From: Zygnema circumcarinatum SAG 698-1b
Taxonomy: Eukaryota; Plantae; Zygnematophyceae
Assembly: GCA_037447605.1 (NCBI GenBank)
Contig: CM074818.1
Span: 248,001-312,000 of the forward strand
Direction: 5' to 3'
DNA length: 64,000 nt
Shown: in pieces, positions 59,401-64,000 of the stretch
Layout of the letters: every line of letters begins with the position of its first letter
How positions within the stretch are numbered: position 1 is the stretch's first letter
Notes under the pieces: generated by a model
Database searches by the model: none
What the model saw: only the letters and a program-made list of their open reading frames with translations
What the model was told of the DNA's origin: nothing
Made by a program: the position numbers and the translations under genes

Positions 59401-62184
59401 TTTCATGTTCCTTTCTGACAGCATCATGCACTTTTCTATTGCAGCTATCGGCCGAGCAATTCGGATCTCCAAATATCCTGCGTTAATGGTAACCTAAAAA
59501 AACCGAGTTGCGTCTAGAACCAATGTTCTTACATCATTTAAGACTGCTATTTTTATTTAAGAGAAATTTTATGTATTCATTTTATTCTGACCCTACTTAT
59601 TGGACATCATTTTTCTGCCTGTTTAGGTTATGCTGTGAATGACGTTCCACCTCCTCCTCCGTCTCCTCCTCCGTCTCCTTCTCCTCCCCCGCCTTTGAAA
59701 AATGGTGGGAATTCTTTAAGCTTTGGGCCAGCCGGATATTCGTTTGAGTTCATGATGAGGGTGATCAGGCTGTCCAAGAACCATTGCTAGCGTGCCTTTC
59801 TCTGCTTTCAAATTCATTTTTTCTCTCTCCCTCTTTTTCCTTCTGCACGCCTTCCTGTATACGCTATCGTTTGTATCACACTTGGAATCGTACTACTTAT
59901 TGGCATCGCCATTGTCTTGGCCTACCTTTACTTTCGCCCAAGTAATCAACTTATTTTTCTTAAATTTTCTTCTTCCGTTCCTTACAAATCTGTTCAAAAT
60001 CTGCATGTTTACAGCAAAGGGCAAGGAAATACTTAATGTATACCCTCGAAACCAGAGGGTTTGCTTTATATGGAAAATGTGAAGGTATGGTAACATGAAG
60101 TTGCTGACGGATGGAGCCACCAATTTGCTCACCAATATCACCCTCGTCACTAAATTCTCTCTTCGTCTTAATGAAGACTTCGTCTTGGGATGCTTTTGCA
60201 GAAAAATCAGAGTTTGCGGTGAAGTTGAAGGACCATTTTGTAAAGCAAATTCGACTTCAGAACATCCGTGAAGCTACCGACAACTTCAGCGAGAAAAATC
60301 TTCTTGGAGAGGGTGGCTATGGAAGTGTCTACAAAGGTGTTACCAAAAGTGGAGAAATTTGGGCTGTAAAGAGAGCTAAAACTGTGTCAGTTGAAGGGCT
60401 ACAGGTCTTTCAGAATGATGTTTGTGCCAACTCATCCACTCATGATGTCGATAAATGTACCGTTTCTTCACAGGGGTGTTCATTCCTTCATAGTACAAAC
60501 AGTCTGAAAAGATTTTCTATTGTTCTCTTTAGAGAAGTGGGCTAAGCAGAAAATGTTGTACGGATTGCGGAATCTGGATATTTATCATTTGCCAGATTCA
60601 GACGTGTTGCTGGTACTTAAGACTTTAAGGGGTTTTAGGGTCCTCCGATGGTGTGTCATTTCAGCTCACGTGGTTTCGAGCAAGTGATAAGATGGCAATG
60701 ACCTGCTGACGTGCTTTTGTGCAGGTTGACGTCATTTCTCGAATGAACCACAAACATCTAGTGAAGCTTCTTGGCTTCTGTGACGAAGACAATGAGCAAA
60801 TTCTGATTTATGAATTTGTGGAAAATGGCACATTAAATTCGGCCCTTCGATTGAATGGTGGTAGGGCCTCCATCTTGGCAGATGCATCCCAGAAAGCTAT
60901 TTTTTGGTCCTATGCTAGCATGTGAAATTTCATGAGGGCTATAAAACACACACACACTTGACTGTTTTAGGTTCTATTGGTCGTAGATGCGCATATTTGA
61001 ATTTTGCACCTTCAGCGTAGTCACATTTTTTCGTGGGTTTTGTGTCCTTATAGGAGGACGAACCCCGCTAACATTCAAGCAGCGTCTGGAGATTGCGTTG
61101 GGTTTGGCCGAAGGCTTGGCTTATCTCCACACGCAGGCGAAGCCCACAATTATCCATCGCGACGTTAAGTCGGACAACATTCTTTTGGATGCCCGATTGC
61201 AAGTATGAGATGGCATTGATTTGGGTTAGGGGGAAGGAGGAGGTCAAGGGGGGAGGGAGGGGGGGAAAGGCAGGGAGGGAAGGAGGGAGAGGGAGTGAAG
61301 GCGGGCGGGGAGAGGACTGGATTGGGAGAAAGGAGGTGGAGATACCATCCGAGCGTTTCCCATTTTTACGTCTTGAACTGTTCGTTTGCTTCTTCTGCAG
61401 GCGAAAGTTTCTGATTTTGGCCTTCTGAAAGATAACGAGGAGGAGAGCGCTTCGTCTTCTAGGACGCGAGTTGCAGGAACGCATGGATACATGGATCCCG
61501 AGTACTACACCACTTTCAAAGTCACTCCAAAGAGCGACGTCTATAGGTAAAAGCAATGCTTACCCATAAAGTGAAGTTCTTGCAAAAACCGAGAATTTTT
61601 TTTCAAAAGTGATTTCCTCGTTCTTGACTTAATTAGGCCTAGGATCACATTGCAATAAGATAATCGGATAATCTTGGATCTTCCATGCATAGCGACAAGG
61701 TGGCTATTCCCCATTGGTTGTTGAATGTGAGATGTAAGCGATGCAAGTCTTTGTGTCTCATCATGTGAGCTCACTGAAGAATTCCCATTGCACCCAAACA
61801 AGACGAACTATGTCTTTAAACTGATGCACACGTGGTGGAAAACTTGCGCAGCTTTGGGGTCGTCATTCTTGAGCTCATCACTGGCCAGCCAGCGGTGATC
61901 ACTCAAACTGACGGGGAGGCCGGACCGACCTCATTAGCAGGCTGGGTATGGGCTCCATACTGCACATCCCTTACAGTCATGAAAACTATGATGATGGCAT
62001 GAAGAGGTTATGTTCATGATCTAGTCATGATGCGGTTTTACAAAAACGCTAAACCGGTATTCTTGATTTTAAAGTTGCTATACTAAGCCAATTGGCACAT
62101 AATGATGTTCAGTATACACTTGTTCAAAGATGAGATTGTTTGGAGCTTACGATGATAAAATCATGCTGTTGACAGTTATTTGAG

Positions 62185-62218
<34 letters not shown>

Positions 62219-62554
62219 CAGGCCCTGCAGCGCATCCGAAGCCTGGGCATCCTGGGCCTCGCTGCAATCACTGACCGCAACCTGGACGGAAACTTCTCGC
62301 TAGACGACATGCAGACCTTTGCGAGCATTGCCGCTTCCTGCCTTCAAAAGGTTTCCGCGTATCGACCGGAAATGGCCGACGTTGCGAGTCAGCTGCGAAT
62401 GCTCAAGGCAAAGGTGGACGGCATTCAAGTTCCCGTTCAACCACCCATTCAGCCTGAGGAGCACGTAGAAGTCACCATACCATCCGATTATTTCAGAAAC
62501 CAGAGCAATACTACATCAATGGTGCAGGAGCAAAGTGTTGTGATTGCAAGGTAG
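50478..62554 (+). CDS. LRR receptor-like kinase 2 (RD kinase) with a tandem LRR-exon array; carries lesions and may be a pseudogene
   Basis: Signal peptide exon 50478-50580; N-cap exon 50707-50836 (CSNWSGITC); 13 x 72-nt LRR exons; module shared with RLK1; TM exon 59849-59941; kinase [39 protein letters not shown]; stop at 62554. Confidence 0.88.
50976..53462 (+). repeat. Tandem array of 13 LRR exon-intron units (~197-bp period)
   Basis: 72-nt exons start at 50976, 51173, 51370, 51567, 51763, 51961, 52160, 52395, 52592, 52790, 52986, 53195 and 53391. Consensus [24 protein letters not shown]; introns alignable. Confidence 0.95.
54893..56874 (+). repeat. Near-identical duplicate of ~53172-54882 next to assembly gaps
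   Basis: Repeats the last two array exons and the following shared LRR exons with only a few differences; bounded by a 10-N gap at 54883-54892. Confidence 0.85.
57033..57529. mobile_element. Solo LTR (497 bp) in an RLK2 intron
   Basis: TGTAACA...GCTACA termini, 5-bp TSD GTAGG (57028-57032 and 57530-57534), absent from the paralogous RLK1 intron (~40330). Confidence 0.85.
57881..58327 (-). mobile_element. TRIM (447 bp) with tRNA-like Pol III promoter in its LTRs (Helenus/TRIMp3-like)
   Basis: 129-bp LTRs at 57881-58009 and 58199-58327 (3 mismatches), TGT...ACA ends. On the minus strand, PBS TGGTATCAGAGC (tRNA-iMet type) and PPT GGTGGGGAGGAA. GATC duplicated at the flanks; empty site in RLK1 at 40681. 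Confidence 0.92.
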
Positions 62555-62836
62555 AAATTCACATTCTTGTTGTAGGATCAAACGTAGCTTCTCGGGGACC
62601 CCTTGTCTCCCAGTGATTGTCACCATTTGTGTAGAGCCTCCCCAATTGCCTCTAATTTGGTGGATTAAGATTTTATTTCGTAACCATTATGGCCTTTGGC
62701 CTTCAGAAGATACCATTTGGATTAGCGCTTGAAAATGGCGAAAAGGAAGTTGTTTACATATATATAGAAATTGTCAATGTGCAATAGTGGATGCTTGGAC
62801 ACTAGGATCGTACTTTGTTGGTGGAATGTGCTCCTA

Positions 62837-63423
62837 CAGTAGGACCCCGTCATATTTTCCACCTACATTTGGCAAAAATCGGGCGAAAATATTGTATTTG
62901 GCAAATATAAGGTCCGTGTTACCAATAGGCGAGCGGAATTATGTTAGAGTTCATGTGTGTCCGTACGTATCGTATCTCATCATATCGTATCGTTTTCTGT
63001 CATATCGCACCGCATCGTACCGTATCGTATCGTGGCTAACCGCATACAGTACATGAAGCACGCCTTAGCGTTTACTGAGGCAGCAAACCAAAAAGCTTCG
63101 ACCCCGTAACGGCTACTACAACTCGTACGGCTAGTACGGGTAGTACCGTATCGTGCCGTATCGTGTCGTATCGAAGCCAAAAAGAAGTGGAGAAGAGCGA
63201 GCGCCTCTTACGGCGGCACGTGCGGGGAGAATAGGTGAGTTTTGCGTAAGCCCGTGACGGCTAGTACAGCTAGTACGGTAAGTACGGTAAGTACGGTTGG
63301 TACGGTTAGTACAAATAGTACGAATAACACAAGTTACCGTACAAAAAGGTGGTTTCGGCAAAATCGGGGCGAATTTCTTGGGGACGCACTTTTGATGGTG
63401 GAAAATATGACGGGGTCCTACTG
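62837..63423. mobile_element. Tc1/mariner-type MITE, copy B
   Basis: Perfect 27-bp TIR CAGTAGGACCCCGTCATATTTTCCACC, TA TSD on both sides, no ORF. Confidence 0.88.
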
Positions 63424-64000
63424 TAGTGGTATGGTCATAGGATTGCGACCTACGGTAGGTTGGCACGCGCGGAGTCGTACGGACAATGCGCGAATATGTT
63501 CAAGGCACGCGGAACGATTGGTCGCGCTGTGACGTGATGCTCGACGGACGAATTTGTTGGAGTCCTTCCCTCCCTCCCTCTTTCGTCCACTAAGCAATAA
63601 GCAATACAAAGCTGACCGCGCAGCCTATCGCTGCGCGCCACGTGACCAAAGTACACTTATCAGTTGTGAGTATTCTCCAGTGTTGGCGCGGCCTATCGCC
63701 ACACTCCACGTTTCCTACTCAGACGTCCCGCGTTCCCACTATGTTCGACGGAATCTGTCTGTCAGTTCAGGTAGCGACCGAATCTACTTAAGGACCGTCG
63801 ACAACGGCTAGCGACCGTACAGTGTACTACTGTACGCACGTCGAGCGGGCGTACGGACACGCTGGCGTACAAACAACGCGCGGGCGTACGGACGTCCAAC
63901 AACATTTTTTTCGGTCATAGAAAATCAATTTTGGGCCTCTTCTTTCGAAATCTTGTTATTCATTTTGGCGTTACTGTCCGCCATGCATTTTGGGTCGTCA

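Overview
Eukaryotic, intron-rich streptophyte (plant or charophyte-alga-like) genomic DNA. It has CT/GA-rich introns, degenerate TTTAGGG tracts, several 10-N gaps and one 100-N gap. From left to right: decayed Ty1/copia and Ty3/gypsy retrotransposons (1-5.6 kb); a Tc1/mariner-type MITE; a complete L-arabinokinase gene (+); a possible orphan membrane-protein gene; a NIP aquaporin with an F-A-A-R filter (-); plastid IscA/SufA (-); organellar DNA gyrase B (-); LRR receptor kinase 1 (+, cut by the 100-N gap); a TMEM135-family pseudogene invaded by telomere-repeat elements, a hAT-like MITE and foldbacks; and LRR receptor kinase 2 (+). The most notable part is the RLK pair. Both share the membrane-proximal LRR/TM/kinase module but carry different distal ectodomains joined at the same splice acceptor. 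RLK2 has a recently amplified array of 13 frame-symmetric 72-nt LRR exons (~197-bp period) with near-identical introns and variation concentrated at the concave-face residues, suggesting a cassette-type receptor diversification system. RLK2 also contains a solo LTR and a 447-bp TRIM whose LTRs carry a tRNA-like Pol III promoter. All calls were made by eye, without database searches.
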